Assembly (NCBI GenBank): GCA_963727895.1
Contig: CAVSHT010000013.1
Location: 121,280 to 185,279 of the forward strand
DNA length: 64,000 nt
Direction: 5' to 3'
From: an uncultured Methanosarcinaceae archaeon
GTDB lineage: Archaea; Halobacteriota; Methanosarcinia; Methanosarcinales; Methanosarcinaceae
In this document: positions 50,350-62,541 of the stretch, piece after piece
Layout: the number at the start of each line of letters is the position of its first letter
Position numbering within the stretch: the first letter of the stretch is position 1
Made by a program: the position numbers and the translations under genes
The notes under the pieces: generated by a model
What the model saw: only the letters and a program-made list of their open reading frames with translations
Told to the model about the DNA's origin: nothing
Database searches by the model: none

Positions 50350-50982
50350 TTTTGAAAAGATCTCTATCTGTATTAGGTTAATATAAGATCTGTAAGAAAC
50401 GTTTTGCTTTTAATCCATTTTCTTTTTAACTTATTATTAAGTTTATTAAGTCATTGAGGGTGGAAAATATGACTAAAAGACTATTTGCAGTCACTTGTAC
50501 CTTTTTATTCATAATAAGTCATATGTTCAAGCGATGGAAAAAAATGCAAAAATCTGTTGTCTGGAAAGGATTTCTAAGAGAATCTATGTGGGTAGAGGAC
50601 TATGGAAATCTATCGCTTTTCAAAAAATTGGTTTTTTGGGTGAATTATCCTTTTTCTTATGCTAAATTTTTACGGGTTGTTTTATGGGGTCGTATTGACA
50701 GATTATGCTTTAGAGATTCAAGAGCAAGATATACTAAAACAAGTATGAAATACAAAAAATCCTGTAAAATACAATAATATAAAAAGTTATTAGTTATTCA
50801 AATTACTATTTTTGGTTTTATTTTTATTTCTGGTTTTATTTATTCATTAGAAAGGTATGATGCACCACTATGAATTATCCATGTGCACATGTGTTCATCT
50901 GCAGTTTCAGTTTTAAAATGTAAGTTTTCTACAGAGCCATCTATAAGTTTTTATGTCATGAATGCAAGGTTAGGTAGCGAAT

Positions 50983-51423
50983 ATGAACAACAACTTCAGA
51001 CAGAAATCATCGATTCCTAATAAATATTTGATTTTGATCGCAGGCATCGTTTGGATGTTCGCTGGACTAATGGTAATAAAAACTGGATTCCCTCTGTTTA
51101 TAACTCAAGGAGGATATTTATATAGTGTAATATTAGCTGCTTCAGTATTTTTTATATTTTATATTTTCATTTTCTCTAAATTAGTTGAGAAGCACACGAC
51201 TCGAATAAGTAAAGATAATAGAGAGAAAATGTTTGTTATGGAATTTTTTGATAAAAAGTCATACATGATTATGGTGGTAATGGTATTAGGCGGAATTACT
51301 ATTCGGAAACTTAGTCTTTTGCCAGCTTTTGACATAGGATTCTTTTATGTTGGGATTGGTTTGGCATTGTTCTCATGTGGTATGAAGTTTGTGTATAAAT
51401 TTAAGACTTCGTCTTTTGATTGA
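50983..51423 (+). CDS. Four-TM hypothetical membrane protein
   Basis: Four hydrophobic helices; FF..KSY.IM..M...GI..R pattern. Confidence 0.7.
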   Translation: MNNNFRQKSSIPNKYLILIAGIVWMFAGLMVIKTGFPLFITQGGYLYSVILAASVFFIFYIFIFSKLVEKHTTRISKDNREKMFVMEFFDKKSYMIMVVMVLGGITIRKLSLLPAFDIGFFYVGIGLALFSCGMKFVYKFKTSSFD

Positions 51424-52003
51424 ATAACCTCAACGAACTGTCACAAAGAACTTTCATTGTTTAGTTCAGTCTGTTGAAATTCAATCTGTTGATGCCAATT
51501 ACAATCATTCCTATAAAACATGAGGTATCTTGAAATTAGAGAGTGTCTTAAAATTTGGCGCTATCTATTTAATTCAGTTAATATTTATGAGAATTCTGTA
51601 GTTTAACAACTCTGTTAATTTCCATTTTTAATTAGTAATTCTACACTCTTATGAAGGTGTTTTCTTTTCCAAAAATTCCATTTATTTAGTTTTTTAACAT
51701 TGTATGCTTTCTGCAACAGATGTACTTTGTACAATAAATTCTCTTTTGGTAACCTGAACATATTTCAAATCTGTATCAGTAATTATTGCTGGTTTTTTCC
51801 ATATTACTTGTAATTATTTCATTTAAACTGTTAGCTTCTGATTTTTTTATGTGATATAAGTTGCGTTTTTGATAACTCTAAATTATAGTCATATTTTGGG
51901 TACCCACCGAATTACAGGTTAAAATTTAAAGGGGAAAACTTAAAAAATATCGGAATGTAATCTTTATTTATATATTTTATTTGTTGGGTGGCAAAGGAAA
52001 ATA

Positions 52004-52834
52004 ATGAACAATAAGGGAAAGTTGTATTCAATATCTTTAGCATTATTAGTCTTATTTTTTTTAATTCTTGGCTCATCTGTATCATCGGCTGGAACAGAAA
52101 CTGGACTCACAAATGACGCACTATTAACACAGAGAACATCAATCTACGGTAATATAATTACATGGTCCGAAACTGCTGGAAATGGTGTACACGTATATGA
52201 TCTAGCTACTGGGAAAAAAATAGATGTAGGAGCTTCATGGGCAGGTAAGATTCCTATATATGGCAATAAAATCGTATGGGGGGACATGGACCAAAATATT
52301 AGAGTTTATGAGGTTCCTATCAATAGCGTAACAAAGATATCATCGGATGGGAATTCCCCTGATATTTACGGAAGCTACATAGTATATACTAAATATTATA
52401 GTCAAGATCACAAAAACGATGGGATTTATCTGTACGATCTCAATAATCTCAGTGAAATAAAATAGCCACTGTTCACGGCTACCCTGCCATATATGATAAG
52501 ACAGTTGTATGGTCTCAGGCTAACAACTACAAATAGTTCAAACTTCTACCCCGAAGAACTCGATGTCTATGGAAATGTCGTAGTATGGACAGAATCACAC
52601 AACGTGTATATGTATGATATTGCCACCCATAAAATAACTCAGGTTACCAATAGTGGAAATGCTTATGAGCCTGCAATCTACGGTAATCGGATAGTATATA
52701 CATATGATCCACGTGGAATTGTCAGTGGAGATATCTATATCTACTGCCAAGACAATCCGCATAACAACCAGTACCAGTGCTTTTGGCCATCTATCTATAA
52801 AGATAAGATTGTATATGCAGATAGTAAAAATTCG
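52004..52834 (+). pseudogene. Beta-propeller surface protein, frameshifted and truncated by IS1
   Basis: MNNKGKLYSISLA signal peptide like 40687-41712; PAIYG repeats in shifting frames. Confidence 0.8.
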
Positions 52835-53573
52835 GGTATTGTTACCTAAATATATCTATTTCTTTATTTCTGTATTTCATCAATAGAATAACCGAGTACT
52901 TTAGCATTTCAAGACTCTTCGTATAACACTTTGTCTTTCTTCTCAATCTTGCTAGAAAATGCCTCAATATGCTGTTATATCCCTCAACTGTAAATGTTTC
53001 TGCTTTTGATTGGAGTATGACTCTTTTCTGGAAGAAACTCTGCATATGCTCTCCAGTGATCTGTCATCACTTCTCCAATCTCTTTTTTCTTCAATTTTTC
53101 CAGAGTAGTTTTCCAGTTTCCATTCCTCTGCTACCAAAAGAGCAGTTGATGAACTTTTTCCCAACTCTATCAACAGCAATCCAGATCCAGCAATATTTTT
53201 TTTGTTACCGATGTAAGTGTGCATCTCATCCATTTCAACAATAGATATCTCATTTTCACTTTTTAGGTCCTCTAAATCCTGACCAAATTTCTTGATCAAT
53301 TTTTGGACAGAAACATGACTCACCCCTAAAAATCGTCCTATTGAACGAAAGCCTAATCCTTCAAGGTAAAGTTGTAAAGCCTGTCTTTTTACAGAGGCGG
53401 AAAAAGCAGTTGATTTTAGCTCTACTGTATAGTTATATCCACAATCAGAGCATTTGTACCGTTGACGACCACCAACTATACCGTTCTTTTTGTAATTAGA
53501 ACTATTGCATCTGGGCAGTTGATGAAGAAATATATGTTATAAGCATATATATCTATTTTTTATTACCAATGCC
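52835..53573 (-). mobile_element. IS1-family element, full length, frameshifted (copy 4)
   Basis: Both IRs present; homologous to the other copies. Confidence 0.9.
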
Positions 53574-53775
53574 TTATAAATATAGTTGTTTCAGTGATAA
53601 GTATCTTTTTTAAGCCACCGCGCAGATGCAAAACAATGGATTCATATTAAAAGAACTAAATGAGATCAGAGAACCAGGAAAAAAGACTTAAAGCAAGTAG
53701 CACTGAAGGCAAAGGTGTGATAAGAAAGTAAAAATAGAATATTTATTAAAAAAGTAGAAAGGAGTTATCCTTTAA

Positions 53776-54396
53776 TTACTTTACAGTTACAGTCTTGCAG
53801 ATTGACTTACAAGTGCCTGCTGAGTTACATGCTGTCAAACAAACTTTATAGGTTCCGGCTTTCTTATATGTATGGGTTATGGTTTTTGCAGTTGATTTGG
53901 AACCGTCACCGAAATTCCAGGTCCTTGTTGTCTCTCCTATAGATGAGTCTGTGAAGGTTACTTTCTTACTGGACATTGCACATGAAAAACGTGGAGTGAG
54001 TGTAGGAGCCTTTATCGTAACGGCTGATTTATGAAGTTGTGTTACAGAACAGCTTCCAGTACCATATGCAATTACTTTTACGTCATAAGTTCCAGCCTGT
54101 TTTATAATAAGAGAACAAGTACAGATATGTTTTTGTGTACAGTGTGCACAGTAGGAACTGCAGGAAGCAACTACTATTCCAGTTTTGTTCAATACCTGAT
54201 ATCGAACACGTGTAACATTACCTGTCATATAAGTTGTAAATCCAATTTTAGCCGGTGCTGTTCCGGTTGAAGGATGAATTACAAATTTAGTAATACTTAA
54301 ATTGCACGCAGAACTAGATGAAGCTCCTGCGGTGGCTGTACATAAAGTTAAAACTAATAAAATAAATGCAAAGAAAGTTGCTGTTCGTTTCATCAT
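53776..54396 (-). CDS. Secreted Cys-rich PKD-domain protein
   Basis: Signal peptide; FTDSS...WNFGDG...HTY...GTY.V.LT PKD motif. Confidence 0.82.
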   Translation of the reverse strand: MMKRTATFFAFILLVLTLCTATAGASSSSACNLSITKFVIHPSTGTAPAKIGFTTYMTGNVTRVRYQVLNKTGIVVASCSSYCAHCTQKHICTCSLIIKQAGTYDVKVIAYGTGSCSVTQLHKSAVTIKAPTLTPRFSCAMSSKKVTFTDSSIGETTRTWNFGDGSKSTAKTITHTYKKAGTYKVCLTACNSAGTCKSICKTVTVK

Positions 54397-55133
54397 TTCA
54401 GATATATAGACAACTTTGTTTATATAATTTTAGAAACTGCCTAAATAAAATAATATATATTATAAATAAATAACAGCGTTACGTAAATAAATTTATTATT
54501 AAAATTGGTAATAAAATATTAATTAGTGATACGATTAATGGACCTAATTTTTATTATATTTAAACATTTCTCTTATTTAACCTTTAATATGATGATTATT
54601 ATTTTGTCCTTTATTATTTTGTCCTTTATGTACAATTTATCAAAACATAAAACCTTTATTCATCCTTTTTGAACTATATCCGGAAAGAAAAAAAATGTTT
54701 AAGGTTATTGAAAAGCTGAAAAAGAAATTCTTCAGATTTTATGTCATTATAACTTTTAGAATGTCTCTGTATAAAAGAAATTTTATCTCAATATGGACGA
54801 ATTCCTTCTAAATAATCTCCGAATTACTTATTATATATTATGATGATGTGTTTGGGGGAAAATAAGAATTAATTATTTTTTCCTGAGTTTTTTCTGAGTT
54901 TTTACTAGGTTCAAGTTAATTCAGTTCATAACCTGTGCCAACTATCAGAGAAATAAAAAACCTATTTTACATTTCAAACAGTTTTGTAGAAACGGTTTTT
55001 GGAAGAGAAAAGCAAGGTCAAAAATTGTAAAGGGATACAGATATGGAAAGGTATTAATTAGAAAAATATGAGTAGTTATATGAGGGAATATAACTATTAG
55101 TAAGCCATTTGATAAATCAAGGAGGTATTAATA

Positions 55134-55286
55134 GTGTGTAGTGTTGGAGATGCATTTGATCTTGATATGGAAGGAAACTTACCAGTTAAAGATTATGTTT
55201 GTAAGGATTGCGGAAATAAATTTAAAGGTATTGGTAAAAATGTGACATGCCCTTCATGTCAATCTAAAAATGTAGCAGAATCCTGA
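55134..55286 (+). CDS. 50-aa zinc-ribbon protein
   Basis: CKDCGNKF...CPSCQSKNV; GGAGGT RBS; GTG start; below the ORF-track cutoff. Confidence 0.75.
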   Translation: MCSVGDAFDLDMEGNLPVKDYVCKDCGNKFKGIGKNVTCPSCQSKNVAES

Positions 55287-55323
55287 AAATTAACTAAAAT
55301 TTTTAGCTATATCTTTTTTTAAT

Positions 55324-55809
55324 ATGAAGAAATTGACCTATTCCAAAAACATTTCACTGAAGGAAAGTGAGATTCTTTTCCTGCGTGGCACGGCAGGAAT
55401 AGTGGCTATTGTGAAAGTCGGCCCGAATGGACAGTTTTTTCTGGAAACTGAAAACGAAGAGATTGTACTAGGACTTGAGTCCCATGACCTGATTGCTGCG
55501 TCTTCTCTGTCTGTAAATGAGAAAACTGAAAAAGGACTTAAATGTATTCTCTACATGATCCGGGAAATAAGGTCACCATTAATAGTGCTTCCAAATAACC
55601 ATCCTGCATCTCCTCGGCTTCCAATCGTAGTGTCAGCAGGTGGAAAAACTGTTCTAAGCTGTAACATTACACCTGGCACGCATCCTAATCAGGACGTACT
55701 TTGCGGTTCAAACGAATTTGATAGTATGGAAATAACAGGAACATTGGAGGGCGTACAGATTAAAAATCTACCACAATGTGAAATATTAAAGATCAATTTT
55801 GATATCTGA
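55324..55809 (+). CDS. Hypothetical protein
   Basis: 161-aa ORF, likely co-transcribed with the zinc-ribbon gene. Confidence 0.7.
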   Translation: MKKLTYSKNISLKESEILFLRGTAGIVAIVKVGPNGQFFLETENEEIVLGLESHDLIAASSLSVNEKTEKGLKCILYMIREIRSPLIVLPNNHPASPRLPIVVSAGGKTVLSCNITPGTHPNQDVLCGSNEFDSMEITGTLEGVQIKNLPQCEILKINFDI

Positions 55810-56458
55810 TCGGCATATCATGAAAATCTTAGGTTATTTAATGCTAAAAGTCTCTTTGAATAATCCTTTGATATTTATGAAATAATGTAGAGAAAAAGAT
55901 ACAATCGGTTAGAATGTTGAATGTTAGAATCTTAAGTTAGCATAAAAATGAAGGAAAATAAAAAGAAAGCCAAAAGTTTCATATCTGGCTATATATCATC
56001 AAACTTTTAAGAACAACCCCAACAACGATAAAACCAAACACTAAAATAAAAATCAAAACCAAAAGGTTGAGGATGATCTGGTTAATTCTTGGATGAAAGG
56101 TCCCCATTCCAAACATCCGAATTACCATATATATTAATGCTAGAATTGTATATCTTGTTTTCGAATCACAAAAATTAGCATAGAAAGTTGAATTGGAAGA
56201 GGAAGATATTAAATATAGCTTAAAGAAGAAAACGAAAAAATTATTTTTACCTACTCGATTCCCAGATTTTTGATGAATTTATTTATATGTTATTTCATTA
56301 TAATTTGGATATTTAGTCCTGCCAGTACTTGTAATCCTCAGTCTTTTTACTAGTTGACCTTTTCCATCCTGATATCGATGTATAATTGATATCTTAGTAT
56401 TTTATTGATATATTCTAGTCCTTTCCTCAAGATACTGTTTTTTTGAATATTTATTCTT

Positions 56459-57198
56459 GGTATTGTTACTTAACTATATCTAGTTCTTTATTTCTGTATT
56501 TCATCAATAGAATCACCGAGTACTTTAGCATTTCAAGACTCTTCGTATAACACTTTGTCTTTCTTCTCAACCTTGCCAAAAAGTGCCTCAATATGCTGTT
56601 ATATCCCTCAACTGTAAATGTTTCTGCTTTTGATTGAGTATGAATCGTTTCAGGAAGAAACTCTGCATATGCCCTCCAGTGATCTGTCATCACTTCTCCA
56701 ATGTCTTTTTTCTTCAATTTTTCCCAGAGTAGTTTTCCAGTTTCCGTTCCTCTGATGCCAAAAGAGCAGTTGATGAACTTTTTCCCAACTCCATCAACAG
56801 CAATCTAGATCCAGCAATATTTTTTTTGTTACCGATGTAAGTGTGCATTTCATCCATTTCAACAATAGATATCTCATTTTCACTTTTTAGGTTCTCTAAC
56901 TCCTGACCAAATTTCTTGATCCATTTTTGGACAGAAACATGACTTACCCCTAAAACTCTTCCTATTGAGCGAAAGCCCAATCCTTCAAGATAGAGTTGTA
57001 AAGCCTGTCTTTTTACAGAAGCGGAAAAAGCAGTTGATTTTAGCTCTACTGTATAGTTATAGCCACAATCATGGCATTTGTAGCGTTGACGCCCGCCAAC
57101 TATACCATTCTTTTTGTGACTGGAACTATTGCATCTGGGGCAGTTAATGAAGAAATATACTTTCTAATAGTATATAACTATGTTTAAGTATCAATGCC
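56459..57198 (-). mobile_element. IS1-family element, full length (copy 5)
   Basis: IRs GGCATTGATACTTAAAC / GGTATTGTTACTTAAC; A8 slippery site; TAG in the DDE frame at 56805-56807. Confidence 0.92.
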
Positions 57199-57270
57199 GA
57201 ATATATATTTATATCATTATGTTCATGCAAACATAACGATTAATCCATAAAAAGTCTTGCAGGTATATCT

Positions 57271-58368
57271 ATGCGTAGAAAAATAGGTACGATATTACTT
57301 CTTTCTATTTTGATTCTGGCTGTTGCATCCTGCGGATGCACAGAAAATACGAATCAACAAACTGCCCAGAACGCCAGCACTACACAGATCACTGACATGC
57401 TGGGTAGGCAGTTGACTGTGCCGGCAAATATCTCTTCAGTTGTAGCCACTTCTCCGCCTTCAACTATTCTAGTTTACATGCTTGCTCCGGAAAAACTTGC
57501 AGGCTGGAATTCAAAAAACAATTTCACTCAACCTTTTATGGATAAAAATTACTCAAATCTGCCTGTAATAGGAGGCTGGTTTGGAACACAGACCGGGAGC
57601 TATGAAACCATAATCAACATGCATCCTGACGTTGTAATTGAAGGGTACACCACAGATGGAGAAATCCATGAAGCTATAGAGCGCAGACAGGAGAATTTTG
57701 GAAGCATTCCTGTTGTGGGTATCAATGACTCTATTATATTCGTAAATCAGTCTGATACCACAATACAGTATGTGGGTAAACTGCTTAATTGTGAAGACCA
57801 GGCGAAAAAACTGATAGAATTCCGCAGTTCAATCCTTAAAGAGATAAATAGCACTGTAAAAGACATTCCAGAAGACCAGAAAATACATGTTTATTATGCT
57901 GAAGGTCCAAAGGGACTAATGACCGACCCTTCAGGTTCTCAGCATTCCCAGGTTATTGATATCTGTGGTGGTATCAATGTTGCAGACTGTCAGCTTACAC
58001 CAGGAAATGGAATGACACAGGTTTCAATAGAACAGATCCTAAAGTGGAATCCTCAGGTAATTCTCACATCAAATCCACAATTCTATTCAACAGTGTACTC
58101 TGACTCTACCTGGGCAAGTATAGATGCTGTAAAAAACAAACGAATATATCTTGCTCCTCAAAATCCTTTTTGCTGGATTGACAGACCACAGGGTCCTCAT
58201 CTCATAATCGGAACTGCCTGGACTGCAAAAATGCTGTATCCAGACCGCTTCAAAGATATGGATCTTCCCAATCTGACCCGTGAGTTCTACTCGGAATTCT
58301 TCCACTATAACCTCACAGATAAAGAACTGAATTCACTACTTAACTCTTCAACAGAGGCTAAGACGTGA
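57271..58368 (+). CDS. Iron-chelate/cobalamin-type ABC substrate-binding lipoprotein
   Basis: ASCGC lipobox; ITDMLGR, VSIEQI..WNP and DAVKNKRIY..P...WIDRP motifs. Confidence 0.88.
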   Translation: MRRKIGTILLLSILILAVASCGCTENTNQQTAQNASTTQITDMLGRQLTVPANISSVVATSPPSTILVYMLAPEKLAGWNSKNNFTQPFMDKNYSNLPVIGGWFGTQTGSYETIINMHPDVVIEGYTTDGEIHEAIERRQENFGSIPVVGINDSIIFVNQSDTTIQYVGKLLNCEDQAKKLIEFRSSILKEINSTVKDIPEDQKIHVYYAEGPKGLMTDPSGSQHSQVIDICGGINVADCQLTPGNGMTQVSIEQILKWNPQVILTSNPQFYSTVYSDSTWASIDAVKNKRIYLAPQNPFCWIDRPQGPHLIIGTAWTAKMLYPDRFKDMDLPNLTREFYSEFFHYNLTDKELNSLLNSSTEAKT

Positions 58369-58988
58369 GTGAGAAAGACAAATCACCGGATTTTCCCTAT
58401 ATTGCAGAGAATATCTTTGCTCCCATTTACCCTGTAATAGCCGCTAATATTGTCAAACAAAGCGGAATCGAGAAAGGAATATGTCTTGACCTGGGATGCG
58501 GTATAGCATCCCTTGGAATTTCTGTTGCGGAAATCACAGATATGCAGGTATATGGTATCGATATCTCAACTAAAATGTGCCGGTTTTCAAAAAACAAAGC
58601 CTTGCGCCACGGTCTTTCAGACAAAGTTGTTCCTGTGCAGTCTGATGTGCACCTGCTCCCTTTCAGGAATAACTGTGCAGACCTGATAGTAAGTCGGGGA
58701 TCCGTATTTTTCTGGAATGACCTGCCTGTTGCCTTTAAAGAAATTTCTCGTGTGCTTGCTCCTGGCGGGCAGGCATGGGTAGGAGGCGGCTTCGGCACAA
58801 AAGAATTGAGAGCACAGATTTCAGAACAGATGGTTGAAATAGATCCGGACTGGCATGCCAGTTCAAAAGAACGTCTCAGTCCAAAAAACCTTCCGGCTAT
58901 ACAGGAAGCTGGAAGGCAGACATAGATTCCCTGTCATGTAGTACAGGATGAATCAGGGTTCTGGATGGTATTAAGCAAGGAAGGTTAA
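58365..58988 (+). CDS. Class I SAM-dependent methyltransferase with in-frame TAG
   Basis: CLDLGCG, GIDIS, DLIVSRGS and VLAPGG motifs; TAG at 58923-58925, then open to TAA at 58988. Confidence 0.82.
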
Positions 58989-58990
58989 AA

Positions 58991-60763
58991 ATGAAGTGTA
59001 ATGTATGCGAATTCGGGTGTGAAATCGATAAATACAGCAGGGGAAGATGTGGGAACTACATATGTGAAGGCAATACTATTATCCAGGATCCTGACCTCGG
59101 AGATCTTGGATCATATCCTGTTTCTATAGAAACTGTTCCCTTACTCCATTACTATCCCTCAGGTAAATTCCTTCAGGTTTTCAGTACAGGATGCAATTTT
59201 CAGTGTTCAGGTTGTGTAGCTCGCCTGCTCGCATCAGGGAAATCACTCGATCTTCCTGTCCTTACCCCATCTCAGGTAGTGGAAAGAGCAGTGCAACAAA
59301 AGTGTCTGGGAGTAGTTTCTACACTCAATGAACCTGCTGCAAACTATTATCTGTTTAAAGATCTTGCGATAAAGGCAAAAGAAAGATGTTTACTAGTAGG
59401 CTGTTCCACAAACTGCTATTTCACAGATGAAACCATGGAAGAGCTTGGAAAGTTTGTAGATTTCATGAATGTAGGAATTAAAGGTTACTCTGATAAGAGT
59501 TACATAAATTGCGGAGTTCCGTCCTCAGAGCCTGTTTTTCGTAATATTTCCAGGCTTTTCGATATGGGTGTCCATGTTGAAACATCGGTCGTTTACTTAA
59601 AAGGAAATGAAGACGACGTGATAAAGGTTGTCAAAGCATTGTCTGATATTTCCCCTACAATTCCGGTTCAAGTAATGAGATTTATTCCTTTTGGGGATGC
59701 TCCGATTGAACTTGAACCCTCTGTAGGAGAGGCGGAGAGCCTGTGTACTGCTCTGCGTAAATATGTAGATTATGTTTATCTCTTCAACTCTCCAGGTACG
59801 GAATCATTAAATACGTACTGTCCCGAGTGTGGTAGTCTTCTTACAGAAAGGGAGTTTTACGGGCCTATGGGTGCCAAGCCTTTAAAACCTTGGATAAATT
59901 ACTCCTGCACTTGCGGAAAAAGTATTCCGGTCAAAGGAACAACTGCGACTGAAATCTTTAACGAAGAAGGTTTTATGGGTGGTTACAGGATAAGCCGAGC
60001 TTTCAGTATGGTTCATGCAATACTCATATGCCTGGGTATACTGGACGATCAAAGGTTAATTGAAATCTGAGAGAAAGTCTCCAATCCCGAAACCCTGAGG
60101 CAAATACACCAGGTAGTACAACAGCCATATTCCTATCTTGAGTTCATCAGGCTTATTGCTGAAAAAGCAAATGTACCGGAAAAAGGTGAAGAACTTATTT
60201 CATATATCCGCAAACGTCTGGAAATTGTCGAATCTCTTGCAGAGGAAAATAGTGGTCATAAAGTTTATTATTGTATGGGCTCTCCTCTTTTTGCTCTGAA
60301 TGCTGGAAGAATGGAAAATAATCTTGTGGCGTTTTCTGGGGGAGTAAGTATTAATAAACAGATTCAAAAAGAAGGCAAACCAGGTGTAAATGTTTCTCCC
60401 TTGTTTATAAATGAGCAGAATCCGAAAACTATTTTTATTTCGGGGTTCCTTTCCCGTCCTCTCGATGAGTTCTATGATCTGTGCCAGAAATACGGTATAT
60501 GTGCAGATGCGGTAAAAGAACATAGGGTCTATGAAATTCCACCTTCCTGGGATTTTGGAAATCCACGCTGGATACTTGGACTGATGTACATAGCCAACAA
60601 ATTGAATCCAGAAAACTCAGCAATTGACCTGAAAAAGGAAGCAGATGAATTTTATCTACGGTTTTATGGCATACTGTTTGAGGAAGTAAAACCTAACAGA
60701 TCTTTTCACAGACTTTCTTCAGGTATCTGGCCCAAAAACGTAGTGAAGTATTCTGATGCGTGA
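58991..60763 (+). pseudogene. Radical SAM protein (PFL-activase/AmmeMemoRadiSam-like) fused to an SBP-like C-terminal domain; one in-frame TGA
   Basis: CNFQCSGC motif; N-terminal CNVC..GC; TYCPECG; TGA at 60068-60070, same frame continues into 60275-60763. Confidence 0.8.
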
Positions 60764-61775
60764 TTACAGATGTAGTCGCATTACTCTGGTGTACCTGTTA
60801 CTCTTTGTATTACTCATAATATCTCTTTTTATAGGAAGATATCAGACTCCTCTGTCAGATGTTGTAAGCGAGAGTGGAAAAGCTTTCTCATCTCTTTTTT
60901 TGGCACTCCTGTTTCAGTTTCCGATCAACATACAGTACTTTTCAATGTAAGGTTGCCAAGGATACTTGCAGCTTTACTGGTAGGATCAGCTCTTTCAATA
61001 GCTGGAGCTTCTTTTCAGGGAATATTTCGTAATCCTCTTGTGTCTCCTTATATACTTGGAGTAGGAGCAGGAGCAGGTTTTGGAGCGTGCCTTGCAATCC
61101 TGCTCTGGAACAGTTATCTGTTTATACAACTGATGGCTTTTGCTTTCGGGCTCTTAGCGATTTTTATTGCTATAAGTATGGGTAAAGCCAGCAAAGGTAC
61201 TGGAACTCTGGTATTTGTGCTTTCAGGAATTATTGTTGGTTCGATTTTCATGGCTCTTACATCACTGGCAAAGTACGTGGCAGATCCTTATGATCAACTT
61301 CCTGCAATAGTTTTCTGGCTTATGGGAAGCCTTTCCACTGTCAGATATACTGATTTACTCTACATATTATTGCCAATATTTATTGGCACTATCGTACTGC
61401 TTCTTCTCAGGTGGCGTATCAACATTTTATCTCTAGGAGATGAGGAAGCTAAAGCTCTTGGGATGGATGTGGAAAAAATGCGCCTAATCATAATTCATTT
61501 GCGCAACCCTTGTCACTTCAGCAGCAGTCAGTATCAGTGGTGTCATTGGATGGGTCGGACTGGTTGTTCCTCATATCTCTAGAATGATAGTAGGACCCAA
61601 TTATAGCCGCCTTTTGCCTATGAGCATGGTTATTGGGGCATCGTTTATGCTGATTGTGGATGACCTTTCAAGAACTATTATAGCTACAGAAATTCCCCTG
61701 GGAATCCTTACTTCCCTGGTAGGAGCTCCGCTGTTTGCATATCTTGTTAAGAAGAGGAGGATGGGATGGAATTGA
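60756..61775 (+). pseudogene. FecCD/BtuC-family ABC permease with two frameshifts
   Basis: RLPR, FQGIFRNPLVSP..LG, FWLMGS, LGDEEAKALG and IG(W)VGL.VPH motifs; shifts at T7 (60895-60901) and near 61495. Confidence 0.88.
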
Positions 61776-62541
61776 TGTTGGAAGTAAAATCCCTTTCTTT
61801 CTCTTACGGAAACAAGCCAGTCTTTGAAAATGTATCTTTTTCGCTAAAAAAGGTGAGATCATGTGCATTCTGGGCCCAAACGGAGCAGGAAAATCTACAC
61901 TTATCAAATGTATTGCAGGGATTCTCAAACCCAATGTCGGCTCTATCTATATTCAAGGAGAAGATACAGCTTTTCTTGGGGTAAGAGGTATTGCCAGGCA
62001 GATAGGATATGTACCGCAGCAGAATGAAGTGGTTTTTCCATTTACCGTACTGGATTTTGTAGTTATGGGACGTGTTCCGCATCTTTCCATGTTTGAATCC
62101 CCTGGCGCCGACGATATTAAACTTGCAAAAGAATCGCTTGCAATGGTAGGAATTTCCGATCTTGCAGAAAGACCGGTTTCCAACCTCAGTGGAGGACAGA
62201 GCCAAATGGTGCTTATTGCTAGAGCTCTTGTCCAGAAGCCTTCTTTGCTTTTGCTGGATGAACCAACTTCTCACCTTGATTTTGGAAACCAGATCCTTGT
62301 ACTGGAAACTGTCAAAAAACTTGCTTTACTTGGGATGTCTATTATAATGAATACTCATATGCCAGACCATGCTTTCCTTTTAGGTGACAAGACTGCAGCA
62401 CTAGCTGGAGGTAGACTGGTTGCCATAGGAGAGGTTGAAACTGTAGTGACCAGCAAAACGATGTCTTTACTATATGGAGTAAATGTAGCTGTCAGAGAAA
62501 TTGAAGATATGAAAAAAAGTGTGTCTACCCTTTTAAAGTGA
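61766..62541 (+). pseudogene. FecE/BtuD-family ABC ATPase with one frameshift
   Basis: GPNGAGKST, LSGGQ and LLLDEPT motifs; N-terminus shifted at A6 (61846-61851). Confidence 0.88.

Noticed and set aside
50454..50777. 107-aa ORF
   Set aside because: No motif and uncertain start; could be a gene fragment but cannot be supported
55920..56458. Minus-strand membrane-protein remnant next to IS1
   Set aside because: Multiple stops and no recognisable family
60068..60070. Selenocysteine at the in-frame TGA (also at 22190)
   Set aside because: Contexts suggest Trp and Leu rather than Cys, no SECIS was identified, and the genus is not known to encode Sec
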